A stretch of 64,000 bases of DNA, taken from NCBI GenBank assembly GCA_965203095.1, contig OZ241877.1:384001-448000 (forward strand), written 5' to 3'. The position numbers and the translations under genes are program-made. How positions within the stretch are numbered: position 1 is the first letter of the stretch; each line of letters starts with the position of its first letter. Of this stretch, positions 1 to 9,370 are shown piece by piece. This DNA comes from Bdellovibrionales bacterium (GTDB lineage: Bacteria > Bdellovibrionota > Bdellovibrionia > Bdellovibrionales > UBA1609). The notes beneath the pieces are model-generated. The model saw only the letters and a list, made by a program, of their open reading frames with translations. It made no database searches and had not been told where the DNA came from.

Positions 1-84
1 TTACAGGATGAGTCTGTTCGAGACGACATACAAAAAGTCAAAGAGGCTTTTGATACATATCAAACTAAAAATAAAAACAGTTAA
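1..84 (+). CDS. 3' end of an ORF entering from the left (…LQDESVRDDIQKVKEAFDTYQTKNKNS*), product unknown
   Basis: Open frame from base 1 to TAA at 82-84, 14 bp before the next ATG. Confidence 0.4.
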   Translation, partial: LQDESVRDDIQKVKEAFDTYQTKNKNS

Positions 85-98
85 AATAAGGCTTTATA

Positions 99-908
99 AT
101 GCTGGAACTGCATAAATTGCTCTGGGTTATTCCCGGTGTTATTTTCATTCATATTTACAATAAAAGAAGACCTATTGACAGCATCAATTTGTCAGGTTGG
201 TCTTATCTTTTTTCTTTAGTGATTATAGCGGTTTTTATATGGTTGCCTGTTGAGATTTTTTTTCAGAATAAATTAGATGTTTTTGGAAAATGGGGAGGAT
301 TGGTCTTGCCTACTGTTTCAGGACTTTTGTCCTTTTGCATCGCTTTGGCGTTTACTTCAAGTGCAATTATAAAATGGCCCAGTTGGTCTTATTTTTTTGC
401 TTCTCTGGCCATAGCGACAATAATATGGCTATCTGTTGAGATTATTCTCCTTGATGGTTTGAATTTTTTTGACAAGCAACGGGTAACGCGGACTTGGATA
501 CCGGTTGCTTTTGGATTCATCCTTTTTCTTTTACCCTCATTGCTTATTAAACTTTCAAATATTATGTTTTTTAATGTGCAAGATTCTTTTCTTTCGGATT
601 GTATCCAGTGGGAAAATTTGCCTGTTATATTAAGCCTTCGGAATGATAAAGTTTATATAGGCATTTTATTAAAATACCCTGAAAACCCAAGAGCAAGAAG
701 TGAATCCCAAACAATTTCCATTATACCTTTAATAAGCGGAGGAAGAAATAGAAACACAAAAGAGGTAAAATGGGGAATTTTTTATCCAAGGGATGATTCG
801 CAAGATTATGAAATTTCAATTCCCAGGAGTGAAATAATCACCTTTGGAAAATTCAATGAGAAAATTTTTAAACATTTTAACAGCAACATTTCCGGAAAAT
901 CCATTTAA
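99..908 (+). CDS. Multi-pass membrane protein with soluble C-terminal domain (DUF6338-like) and an internal 62-aa duplication
   Basis: N-terminal IPG-containing TM helix, several TM segments, C-terminal LSLRNDKVYIGIL…ISIIPLISGGR…IPRSEI beta-rich domain. Confidence 0.6.
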   Translation: MLELHKLLWVIPGVIFIHIYNKRRPIDSINLSGWSYLFSLVIIAVFIWLPVEIFFQNKLDVFGKWGGLVLPTVSGLLSFCIALAFTSSAIIKWPSWSYFFASLAIATIIWLSVEIILLDGLNFFDKQRVTRTWIPVAFGFILFLLPSLLIKLSNIMFFNVQDSFLSDCIQWENLPVILSLRNDKVYIGILLKYPENPRARSESQTISIIPLISGGRNRNTKEVKWGIFYPRDDSQDYEISIPRSEIITFGKFNEKIFKHFNSNISGKSI

Positions 909-932
909 GCCGAGAACAAGAGATAAAAACTC

Positions 933-3900
933 ATGCCAAAAATTTACGATAATAGGGAGATTTCTTTTTTATCTGGTTTGAGATCGGCACTGGATCGATC
1001 TTATAGGTCGGACATTTCCACAGCTTATTTTAACTTGCGAGGCTGGAAAAAGATAGCCGACTGTATTGATAAATACAAAGGCAAGGGGGATAGCCAATGT
1101 CGCTTGCTTTTAGGGATGTTTGCCCCGGATTATCATTTAAAACAAGAGCTATTGCAAAACGAAAATGACTGGAAGATTGACAATAAAAAAGCAAAAAAAT
1201 TGAGAGCAGAAACTCTTAAAAAATTTAGAAAACAACTAATGACAGGCCCGCCTTCTAATGAGGATGAACGAGGCTTGAGGAATTTGGCCCGTCAGTTGAA
1301 AGAACAAAAAATCAAAGTCAAATGCTTTACCCGTCACCCCTTGCATGCCAAGCTTTATTTGACTTTCAATAAAAAAGAGTTTGCCGGAAAAATAGGTTTT
1401 GTAGGAAGTAGCAACCTGACTTATGCGGGGTTGGAAAAAAACGGTGAGCTGAATATAGATGTTTTGGATCAAAAATCCTGTGCAGATTTGAGCCAGTGGT
1501 TTGAGGACAAATGGAAAGATCCATTTAGCTTAGATATATCAGAACAAATCATTCATCTTATTGAAGAAAGCTGGGCTGGGAAAGAGCTATTGCCTCCCTA
1601 CCATATTTATATGAAAATGGCCTATCACCTCTCAGAAGACGCCAGAAAGGGGCTGACGGATTTTTTTATTCCGAAAGATTTAAAAAATATTCTTTTTGAT
1701 TTTCAATCTGCCGCGGTGAGAATTTCTGCCCGCTATCTCTATTATAAAAATGGGGTTTTGATTGGGGATGTAGTAGGGCTGGGGAAAACCCTTATGGCCA
1801 TAGCCACCGCTAAAATTTTAGAAGAAGAGAGAGGCTTTCAAACTCTTATTTTATGCCCTAAAAATCTACAGGAAATGTGGGAGGATCAAAAACAGAAATA
1901 CTACCTTCGGGGAACAGTCATCCCCATAAGCCAAGCCCAGCAAAAACTTCCGTCCTTGAGAAGGCATCATATTGTGATCATAGATGAAAGCCATAACTTA
2001 AGAAATCCACTGGGGAAAAGATATCAGATCATCAAAGATTATATTGAACAAAATGACAGCAAGTGCATTCTGCTTTCTGCCACCCCCTATAATAAAACTT
2101 ATAAGGATCTGTCCAGCCAGTTAGGGCTGTTTATTGATCCCGATTTGGATTTGGGCATTCGCCCTGATAGGTTTCTGGCAGAAAACGAGGAAAAGTTTGA
2201 AGGCTCTGTTTCCACCTTAAAAGCTTTTGAAAAATCCTCTTATGCTGAAGATTGGCAACAGCTTATGGCTCAATTTTTAGTAAGAAGAACAAGAAGTTTT
2301 ATTAAAGAAAACTATGGAAAAAGAAATGAAAATGGCAGGTATTATTTGGAGGATTCTAATAGGAAAAAAAAGTTTTTTCCAGAAAGAATTGCTAAAACCA
2401 TCTCTTATCCATTAGATGAACAATATAAAATGCTTTTTTCAGAAGAGGTTGTGGATATGATAAACCATTTGAAACTTGCAAGATATGACCTCATCCAATA
2501 CAAAAAAGAAGGTTTACAAAATATTACAAATAAAGAAAAAGAAATTTTTAGAGACCTCCAACAATCTCGTGGCTATCCTAAAGGTTTTTGTCGCATTAAC
2601 TTATTCAAGAGGCTGGAAAGTAGTGGTTTTTCTTTTTTGCGATCCGTTCAAAGACATATTTTAAGAAACTGCATTTTTATTTATGCTATTGAGACGAAGC
2701 AAGACCTTATGATTGGTGAAAAAGGGGGAGAAGTAATTGCCTCCGCTTTTGAAGATAAAGAAAGTGGGATTACCGGGTTTCAAGCAGAAAATGAGGAAGA
2801 GACAAACTGGTTTTCGACAGATTTTGATTCTTTTTACAAACAAGCAAAAAAAACTTATGAAAAATATAAGCAAAAAAACAGCCGGAGCCTTCGTTGGATT
2901 TCTTCTTCTTACTGGACAGATCAACTAAAAGAGGATTTGAAGAAAGACACAGATCAATTTATCTCTCTTCTTAAAAAATCAAAAAACTGGGATCCAGAAA
3001 AAGACTTAAAATTAAAAAAACTGGAAGATTTATTGAAAGAGAAAAAAAAGCAAAAAGTTTTGATTTTTACACAGTCAAGAGAGACTGCTGTTTATTTAAA
3101 AGATCAGTTGGAAAATCGCGGAGTCCAAAAATTGGGCCTCATCACTGGAGGGATGGAAGGTATCCAAAGCATTATAAAAAAATTCAGCCCTCAAAGCAAT
3201 GAGTTTGACATAAAACAATCAGGCCAAACTGAGATAGATATTTTAATAACAACAGATGTTTTAAGTGAGGGGCAAAATCTTCAGGATTGTCATATTGTTG
3301 TAAATTACGATCTTCCTTGGGCTATTATTAAGCTTATCCAAAGGATAGGTAGGGTGGATCGGATTGGGCAGGAGGCGAGTAAAATTTTTTGCTGGTCTTT
3401 TATGCCAGATAAAGAGTTGGATCGCTTAATAAATTTGCGAGGTCGCATCCAGCAAAGGTTGAAAGAGAACGCAGAAGTCATAGGAACAGATGAACGATTT
3501 TTTGAAAATGAACAAAAAATTCTTTTAGATTTATATAATGAAAGGTCGGAAACTTTAGAGAAGGAAATATCAGAAGATATTGATCTATCCTCTTTTGCCT
3601 TAGAAATATGGAATAAGGGGATAAAACAAGATCCCTCTTTAGAAGGAAAAATAAAAAATATGCCGGATGTAGTTCACTCCTCAAAAGAGATTAAAAATAA
3701 GGCCGGAGGAATTTTGCTTTTTGCAAAATCACATATAAATAATTATTTACTTTATCTTAATGAAAAAGGAGAAAACTTTGCAAAAGATCAAATGAGCATT
3801 TTAAAACTGGCAAAATGTTCTCCAGAAGAACCTCCTTTAAAAAGGACAGAACCACATTATAAAATTGTTAAGTCCGGCTTAAACCTTATTCAAAAAAGCC

Positions 3901-4226
3901 TTAGTCAAATCAGTTTGGCCAATCGTTTAGGGACCAGCCGGAACCCCAGAAGAAAACTTTTTGAAAGATTAAATGATTTGCCTGATAAAACCGAAAAGGA
4001 CAAACAAATTTTAGATGATATTCATAACTATCCTTTGTCCCATTCCGCTGAGCAAACTTTTAAAAGAATGTTCCAAAGAAAAATCCCCAATAAAGAAATA
4101 TTTGAGCTGGTTCGGGAAAAACATAACAGCGAAACTCTTTTAAACAAAAAAGAGACTAAAAGTATGGATGAAAAACCTCGTATTATATGTTCTATGGGAC
4201 TTGTGAAAAAACATGAGATAATTTAA
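933..4226 (+). CDS. Phospholipase-D (HKD) nuclease domain fused to SNF2-type SF2 helicase; restriction/defence-associated type
   Basis: HAKLY…GSSNLT PLD motif; GDVVGLGKT Walker A; DESH; LSATP; TDVLSEGQNLQ; QRIGRVDRIG. Confidence 0.85.
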   Translation: MPKIYDNREISFLSGLRSALDRSYRSDISTAYFNLRGWKKIADCIDKYKGKGDSQCRLLLGMFAPDYHLKQELLQNENDWKIDNKKAKKLRAETLKKFRKQLMTGPPSNEDERGLRNLARQLKEQKIKVKCFTRHPLHAKLYLTFNKKEFAGKIGFVGSSNLTYAGLEKNGELNIDVLDQKSCADLSQWFEDKWKDPFSLDISEQIIHLIEESWAGKELLPPYHIYMKMAYHLSEDARKGLTDFFIPKDLKNILFDFQSAAVRISARYLYYKNGVLIGDVVGLGKTLMAIATAKILEEERGFQTLILCPKNLQEMWEDQKQKYYLRGTVIPISQAQQKLPSLRRHHIVIIDESHNLRNPLGKRYQIIKDYIEQNDSKCILLSATPYNKTYKDLSSQLGLFIDPDLDLGIRPDRFLAENEEKFEGSVSTLKAFEKSSYAEDWQQLMAQFLVRRTRSFIKENYGKRNENGRYYLEDSNRKKKFFPERIAKTISYPLDEQYKMLFSEEVVDMINHLKLARYDLIQYKKEGLQNITNKEKEIFRDLQQSRGYPKGFCRINLFKRLESSGFSFLRSVQRHILRNCIFIYAIETKQDLMIGEKGGEVIASAFEDKESGITGFQAENEEETNWFSTDFDSFYKQAKKTYEKYKQKNSRSLRWISSSYWTDQLKEDLKKDTDQFISLLKKSKNWDPEKDLKLKKLEDLLKEKKKQKVLIFTQSRETAVYLKDQLENRGVQKLGLITGGMEGIQSIIKKFSPQSNEFDIKQSGQTEIDILITTDVLSEGQNLQDCHIVVNYDLPWAIIKLIQRIGRVDRIGQEASKIFCWSFMPDKELDRLINLRGRIQQRLKENAEVIGTDERFFENEQKILLDLYNERSETLEKEISEDIDLSSFALEIWNKGIKQDPSLEGKIKNMPDVVHSSKEIKNKAGGILLFAKSHINNYLLYLNEKGENFAKDQMSILKLAKCSPEEPPLKRTEPHYKIVKSGLNLIQKSLSQISLANRLGTSRNPRRKLFERLNDLPDKTEKDKQILDDIHNYPLSHSAEQTFKRMFQRKIPNKEIFELVREKHNSETLLNKKETKSMDEKPRIICSMGLVKKHEII

Positions 4227-4240
4227 GATATGGTGGATAT

Positions 4241-4480
4241 ATGGCGGATAAAAATAATAAATATGAACAAAATGTCCCTGGGCCTTATTATGTGGACAAA
4301 GAGTGCATTAACTGTGATGCCTGCCTCTTAGTTGCGGAACAACATTTTAAAATTAACGAGGAGGAAGGCTATGCTTATGTTTGCAAACAACCTCAAACGG
4401 AAGAAGAGCACTCTCTTTGTCAAGAGGCCATAGAGGCATGCCCTGTATCAGCTATTGGAGATGATGGGGGAGAGCCTTAA
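4241..4480 (+). CDS. Ferredoxin (single cluster)
   Basis: CINCDAC…CQEAIEACPVSAIG; NVPGPYYVD N-terminus. Confidence 0.9.
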   Translation: MADKNNKYEQNVPGPYYVDKECINCDACLLVAEQHFKINEEEGYAYVCKQPQTEEEHSLCQEAIEACPVSAIGDDGGEP

Positions 4481-5690
4481 TGATAGCAAAACCACTACCT
4501 TCCTTCTTAAAATTAGTGATTTGCCCCTGATAGCAACGGGCAGTCACTTGTTGGATCTGATCTTCATAAGCATAAGCCCTAAAATCTGTTTTCCATTTTA
4601 CTCCTTGAGAGTCCTCTATTACAGAGGGAGGGATAAACTCCTGAACCAAGGCTTTTATCAAGAAAAACTCTTCCAGCTTTTTTCGAGTGAGACTGGCCCC
4701 TCGATAAGCTCGTTTTCCGCCATGGCTTTGTTTGACTTTAAAGAAATATTTTTTACGATTTTCCCAAACTGCTCCTTTGTTTTTAGAATCTAAAGCCTCC
4801 GAGTAAGGGATATGTTTGGAGATGGTTTTTAATTCTTCCCAAGATTGCTTTTCTTGAAACCAGTCACAGAGGCGACTTTTATCAGACAACAAAAAATACT
4901 CTCTGGGATGAGGGCTTATGGCACAAGTCCCTTTTAAATAAGCTTTAGCTATTTGAGGATGCTGTTCAAAATAAAAATCCACAGATCGATTATACACAAA
5001 ATCAATGAGATGGCCTTCAGAAGTATATAAAAAGCCTTTATCATCTGTTTTTAAAGAGCGAGAATCGCAAATCTCAAAGGGCCAACCCATGGACTCAAAA
5101 AAATCCTTAAACATAAAAAACTCTAAAGCCATTTTCTGGTTTAAAGGATCTTCGTCAATCAAAACAGTTTTTTTAGGCTGAGAGCTTTTTTGGCCCTTTC
5201 TAAATTTATCCCATTCGGATTGAAAAGATTTTTTTAAACTATCTATAGATTTTTTATAAGGCTGGTTTTGAAATTGACAAAAAGAGTTAAAAAGCAAAAA
5301 TCCAGAACCATTAGTGTTGACTTCAATAAGTTTAACTTCCCCCTCATGCAAATGAAAATCATAAGCCATTAAAACTGAATCTAAATTTTGGCTTTTTAAA
5401 GCTGTTTTGAGCTGATTTTGGTTAAAACTCTGTTCCGCTTTTAAGGAGAGGCTTTTTTGATAATTTGCCCGACATTTTAGCTGAAATAGAGAGGCAATCA
5501 CTTGCTGGATTTGCCGGTAATTTTTTAAAGGCAAGTGGACCTGTTCAGGAAAAAAAATCGGCTGATAAGAGTGCGTTTGCAAAAACGAAAATGCATGAGG
5601 ATATTCTTTTTTTAAAAATGTTTTAAAGCTAAAAAAATCTATCACAGAGTATTTTATATCAAAAAGATTTTGCTGATGTATGTATGACAA
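4452..5690 (-). CDS. ATP-grasp fold protein (circularly permuted / glutathionylspermidine synthase-like)
   Basis: YDFHL…KLIEVNTNG, VYNRSVDFY, FFKVKQSHGGK, LVQEFIPP, DFRAY motifs. Confidence 0.65.
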   Translation of the reverse strand: MSYIHQQNLFDIKYSVIDFFSFKTFLKKEYPHAFSFLQTHSYQPIFFPEQVHLPLKNYRQIQQVIASLFQLKCRANYQKSLSLKAEQSFNQNQLKTALKSQNLDSVLMAYDFHLHEGEVKLIEVNTNGSGFLLFNSFCQFQNQPYKKSIDSLKKSFQSEWDKFRKGQKSSQPKKTVLIDEDPLNQKMALEFFMFKDFFESMGWPFEICDSRSLKTDDKGFLYTSEGHLIDFVYNRSVDFYFEQHPQIAKAYLKGTCAISPHPREYFLLSDKSRLCDWFQEKQSWEELKTISKHIPYSEALDSKNKGAVWENRKKYFFKVKQSHGGKRAYRGASLTRKKLEEFFLIKALVQEFIPPSVIEDSQGVKWKTDFRAYAYEDQIQQVTARCYQGQITNFKKEGSGFAIIKALPHHLQ

Positions 5691-5712
5691 TGCCTCATCT
5701 TAACAAACGGAA

Positions 5713-6246
5713 TCAATCTTTATCTAAAAAGGCTTTGCCGGCAGTGGCTTTAGTTTGCCCTTGGTATTTGCCCCGATAGGGCTTTTCCGCTGGTTGATCC
5801 ATCTGAAAAAGAATCAACTGGCAGATCCTTTTCCCTCTTTTTAAACGAATGGGCAAAATATTGGCGTTGTAAAGCTCTAAAGTGAATTTGCCTTTAAATC
5901 CAGGAGCCGCTACAGAGGCATTTTGAATAAAAAGCCCCATCCGGCCCACAGAGCTTCGGCCCTCCACAAAGCCAGAAATGTCATTTGGCAATTCCACATA
6001 CTCTTCAGTTGTGGCCAAAATAAAAGATTGGGGTGGGATGATAATTTCCTTCCCTGTAATTTTTTGATGTCCTACTTTGGAGTCCAAATCCAAAACCCCC
6101 TTAGTGGCCCAATGTTTTAAAATCAAAGCGTCCGAGCCTAAGGTTAAATCTATAGAACTGGGCTGAATAGCCTCTCTCCCCAGGTTTTTGATAATTAGTT
6201 TTTTGTCTTTTATAAGCTTTTGAATGCTTTTGTCAGAAAGTATCAT
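5713..6246 (-). CDS. dcd: dCTP deaminase
   Basis: MILSD start, IQPSSIDLTL, EGRSSVGRMG, PGFKG..TLEL, YRGKYQGQ. Confidence 0.92.
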   Translation of the reverse strand: MILSDKSIQKLIKDKKLIIKNLGREAIQPSSIDLTLGSDALILKHWATKGVLDLDSKVGHQKITGKEIIIPPQSFILATTEEYVELPNDISGFVEGRSSVGRMGLFIQNASVAAPGFKGKFTLELYNANILPIRLKRGKRICQLILFQMDQPAEKPYRGKYQGQTKATAGKAFLDKD

Positions 6247-6335
6247 TTCCCCCTCCTAAACTTTTTTCCCTTAAGCCAGCTAAGCCCGACTCCGTGTCAG
6301 AAAGTATCATTTCCCCCTCTCCTTAAACTTTTTTC
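6231..6335. repeat. ~40-bp direct duplication of the dcd RBS and first five codons
   Basis: tgtcagaaagtatcatttccccctc at 6231-6255 and 6295-6319, each followed by (c/tcct)taaacttttttc. Confidence 0.9.
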
Positions 6336-6959
6336 TTAAACTCCAAAAATTTGCATAAAAGCCACACCAAGATAGCGAAATAAATATTTGATTCCCGCCA
6401 CCTCATGACATTGCCAGTGCGTTCCGTCATAGCCCACTTTAACATATTTTTTTGGATCCTCTTTTGGATCTATAGGAAGAGACTGGCGAAGGCCATCGCC
6501 CTCAATATCAATGCTTGAATAAAATTTTGGAGGCCCTTCCACAAACTCTAAAGGCCCTTGGCTAAACGGTGGAGAATAAGGATAATTTTTTTTAAACAGA
6601 CGAATATACTCGTCATAATTTTTTGACTTTATATAATAAACCCAGGATTTTGTGAGAACTTTTTTAATTTTATGAAAACGATAAACTTCTAAAGTTCCCC
6701 ATTTGTCAGGAGGATAAACATAATACAAAAAATTGTTTTTGAGTTGAGACAGGACAGGGGAATGATCCAAGCCCTGTTTAAAGTCGGCTTGATAAGACTC
6801 ACTGCTTATTTTTTTATAAAAAAACATGCGGTTAAAGTATTCGTTAGGGTGATTCCCCTCGTCTACAAATGGAGTGCCTAAATAATCACAAAAAAAATTC
6901 CTTTTCTGGCCTTGTGCCAAAAAAACAAAAAAACCAACAAAAAAAACCAGAAACTTCAT
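6336..6959 (-). CDS. Hypothetical secreted protein
   Basis: ~207-aa ORF, MKFLVFFVGFFVFLAQG signal-like N-terminus; no family recognised. Confidence 0.6.
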   Translation of the reverse strand: MKFLVFFVGFFVFLAQGQKRNFFCDYLGTPFVDEGNHPNEYFNRMFFYKKISSESYQADFKQGLDHSPVLSQLKNNFLYYVYPPDKWGTLEVYRFHKIKKVLTKSWVYYIKSKNYDEYIRLFKKNYPYSPPFSQGPLEFVEGPPKFYSSIDIEGDGLRQSLPIDPKEDPKKYVKVGYDGTHWQCHEVAGIKYLFRYLGVAFMQIFGV

Positions 6960-7123
6960 TCTTGACAAAATTTACCCAGAGTTTAAGGGAATGGCAAGAA
7001 CAATGCCATTAAAAAGCGAATAAAAAGTTAGAGATAACTTTATTGGACTGATCACAGCTGAAAGTTCCGGTCAAAACAGAGTGAGAAGGCAAAAATTTTC
7101 AAACAAAATCAGCCAAACATATC

Positions 7124-9229
7124 TTACTTGGCTTTAGCCATTTTTTTAGCCTGATACTCTTTAACCAGTTTCTCTTGAATATTCCCCGGAACACGGGCAT
7201 AGCGGGAAAATTCCATAGTGAACTCCCCTTTGCCCTGAGTGGCCGATCTCAGTTCTGTAGAGTATTCAAACATTTCTGCCAGTGGGACTTCCGCCCTTAC
7301 TGAGGTAAAGGCATCTAAAGTCTCCGACCCCTTGATCAGCCCTCGCCTTTGATTGATTTGCCCAATAACCTGCCCCTGAAATTCCTCCGGGCAAGAAACC
7401 TCTAAGTCCATAATCGGCTCTAAAGCTATGGGCCGACCCTTCATATAAGATTCTCGAAATGCGGCCATTGCACATATCCGAAAAGCCATTTCACTGGAAT
7501 CCACATCATGATAAGCCCCATCGGCAAGAGTGGCCCTAATGCTCACTATGGGAAAACCAATAAGTGGGCCTTTAGCCATCTGCTCTTGAAAACCTTTGTT
7601 CACAGCAGGAATATATTCTTTAGGAATGCGTCCGCTCACAATTTTATCTACAAACTCATAGTTGTTCTCTGGGTTTTCTCCTAAAAAGTCCAGTTGGCCA
7701 ACCACTTTGGCAAACTGTCCGGCTCCACCGGTTTGCTTTTTATGAGTGTAATCAAAAGTTGTGGTTTGGCTGATGGTCTCTCTATAAGCCACCTGAGGTT
7801 TGCCCACATCCACCTCACAGTTAAATTCCCTTTTCATTCGCTCAACATAAATATTGAGATGAAGTTCACCCATACCAGCAATAATGGTTTGCCCCGACTC
7901 CTCATCCCTACGAACTACAAAAGTAGGATCTTCCCTTCGGAATTTTTGAAGAGATTTTGTAAAATTCCCACTGGCACTTTGCTCCTTAGGGGCAATGGCT
8001 AAGGACATAACCGGGTCGGGAACAAACATGGAGCTCATAGCCCAGTTGATTTTACCATCGGTCCAACTATCCCCTGAGGCACATTCCATACCAAAAACAG
8101 CTACAATGTCGCCAGCTTCTGCCTGATCTATATCCTCCATGTCATCGGCATGCATATAAACCAATCGTGGGACTTTGTGTTTTTTCCCTGTTCGGACATT
8201 GATGATAAAATGGCCTTTTTTAATAACCCCTTGGTAAACTCTCATATAAGTCAACTGGCCAAAACGAGTGTCTTCCAACTTGAAAGCCAAAAGGAGAAGG
8301 GGCTTTTCAGAATAAGGCTCTACTTCTCGTTCCTTTTCCTCCTGATCTAAATCTTTAGCAGTGTTTTTTACTTCTGTGGGGTTGGGCAAAAATTTTTGAA
8401 CCCCGTCTAAAAGAGGCTGAACCCCTTTGTTTTTATAAGCAGAGCCCATAAAAACCAAAGTGATTTTTAAATCTATCGTGGCTTTACGGGCTGTGGAGTA
8501 AAGCTCTTCGGGGGAGATTTCCTCTTCGTTTAAAAACTTTTCTGCCAGTTTGTCGTCAAAATCCGCCAGAGCCTCAATCATTTTTTGCCTTTGCTCTTGA
8601 GCTGAAGTTTTTAAATGCTCTGGGATTTCCTTTTCCAAAAGCTTTTCGCCATGCTCCCCTTCAAAATAAAAAGCTTTCATTGTGAAGAGATCCACTACTC
8701 CTTCATGTTGTTCCTCTAAGCCAATGGGAATTTGAGTCAAAATGGCATTATGCCTGAGCTTTTCCCTTAGTGCCTCTGCAACACGAAAGGGGTTGGCCCC
8801 TGCACGATCCAATTTGTTGATAAAAGCGATCCGGGGGACATTATAACGACGCATCTGCCGATCCACAGTGATGGACTGTGATTGCACCCCAGCCACCCCA
8901 CACAAAACCAAAATGGCTCCGTCTAAAACTCGCAAAGCCCTCTCTACCTCAATAGTGAAATCAACATGGCCGGGGGTGTCGATAATGTTTATGTTTATAT
9001 CTTTCCAAGAGACATTGGTGGCAGCAGATTTAATAGTGATGCCTCTCTCCTTTTCCAGCTCCATAGAGTCCATTTTGGCCCCTACGCCGTCTTTTCCCTT
9101 GACATCGTGAATGGCATGGATCCGCCCCGTGTAAAACAAAACCCTCTCTGTTAAGGTGGTTTTGCCTGAGTCAATATGGGCAGAAATGCCTATATTTCTA
9201 ACCTTTGTCACATCCCATTTTTTAGCCAT
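7124..9229 (-). CDS. fusA: Elongation factor G (spdEFG1 / mitochondrial EFG1-like subtype)
   Basis: [56 protein letters not shown]. Confidence 0.97.
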   Translation of the reverse strand: MAKKWDVTKVRNIGISAHIDSGKTTLTERVLFYTGRIHAIHDVKGKDGVGAKMDSMELEKERGITIKSAATNVSWKDININIIDTPGHVDFTIEVERALRVLDGAILVLCGVAGVQSQSITVDRQMRRYNVPRIAFINKLDRAGANPFRVAEALREKLRHNAILTQIPIGLEEQHEGVVDLFTMKAFYFEGEHGEKLLEKEIPEHLKTSAQEQRQKMIEALADFDDKLAEKFLNEEEISPEELYSTARKATIDLKITLVFMGSAYKNKGVQPLLDGVQKFLPNPTEVKNTAKDLDQEEKEREVEPYSEKPLLLLAFKLEDTRFGQLTYMRVYQGVIKKGHFIINVRTGKKHKVPRLVYMHADDMEDIDQAEAGDIVAVFGMECASGDSWTDGKINWAMSSMFVPDPVMSLAIAPKEQSASGNFTKSLQKFRREDPTFVVRRDEESGQTIIAGMGELHLNIYVERMKREFNCEVDVGKPQVAYRETISQTTTFDYTHKKQTGGAGQFAKVVGQLDFLGENPENNYEFVDKIVSGRIPKEYIPAVNKGFQEQMAKGPLIGFPIVSIRATLADGAYHDVDSSEMAFRICAMAAFRESYMKGRPIALEPIMDLEVSCPEEFQGQVIGQINQRRGLIKGSETLDAFTSVRAEVPLAEMFEYSTELRSATQGKGEFTMEFSRYARVPGNIQEKLVKEYQAKKMAKAK

Positions 9230-9339
9230 TTGAAAACTCCTTTCATTTTTTTAACATTCAAATTTTAAAAAAGTGAATTTATCACTTTACCCCTCATTAT
9301 ACTAAACATTTTTTAAAAAACTATAAAAATAATTCAAAG

Positions 9340-9354
9340 TTTTTCACGGACGAC
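9340..9354. repeat. Solo terminal inverted repeat of the MITE family
   Basis: tttttcacggacgac is the exact reverse complement of the 49513 left TIR; followed by taagta. Confidence 0.75.
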
Positions 9355-9370
9355 TAAGTAGCTCTTCTGG

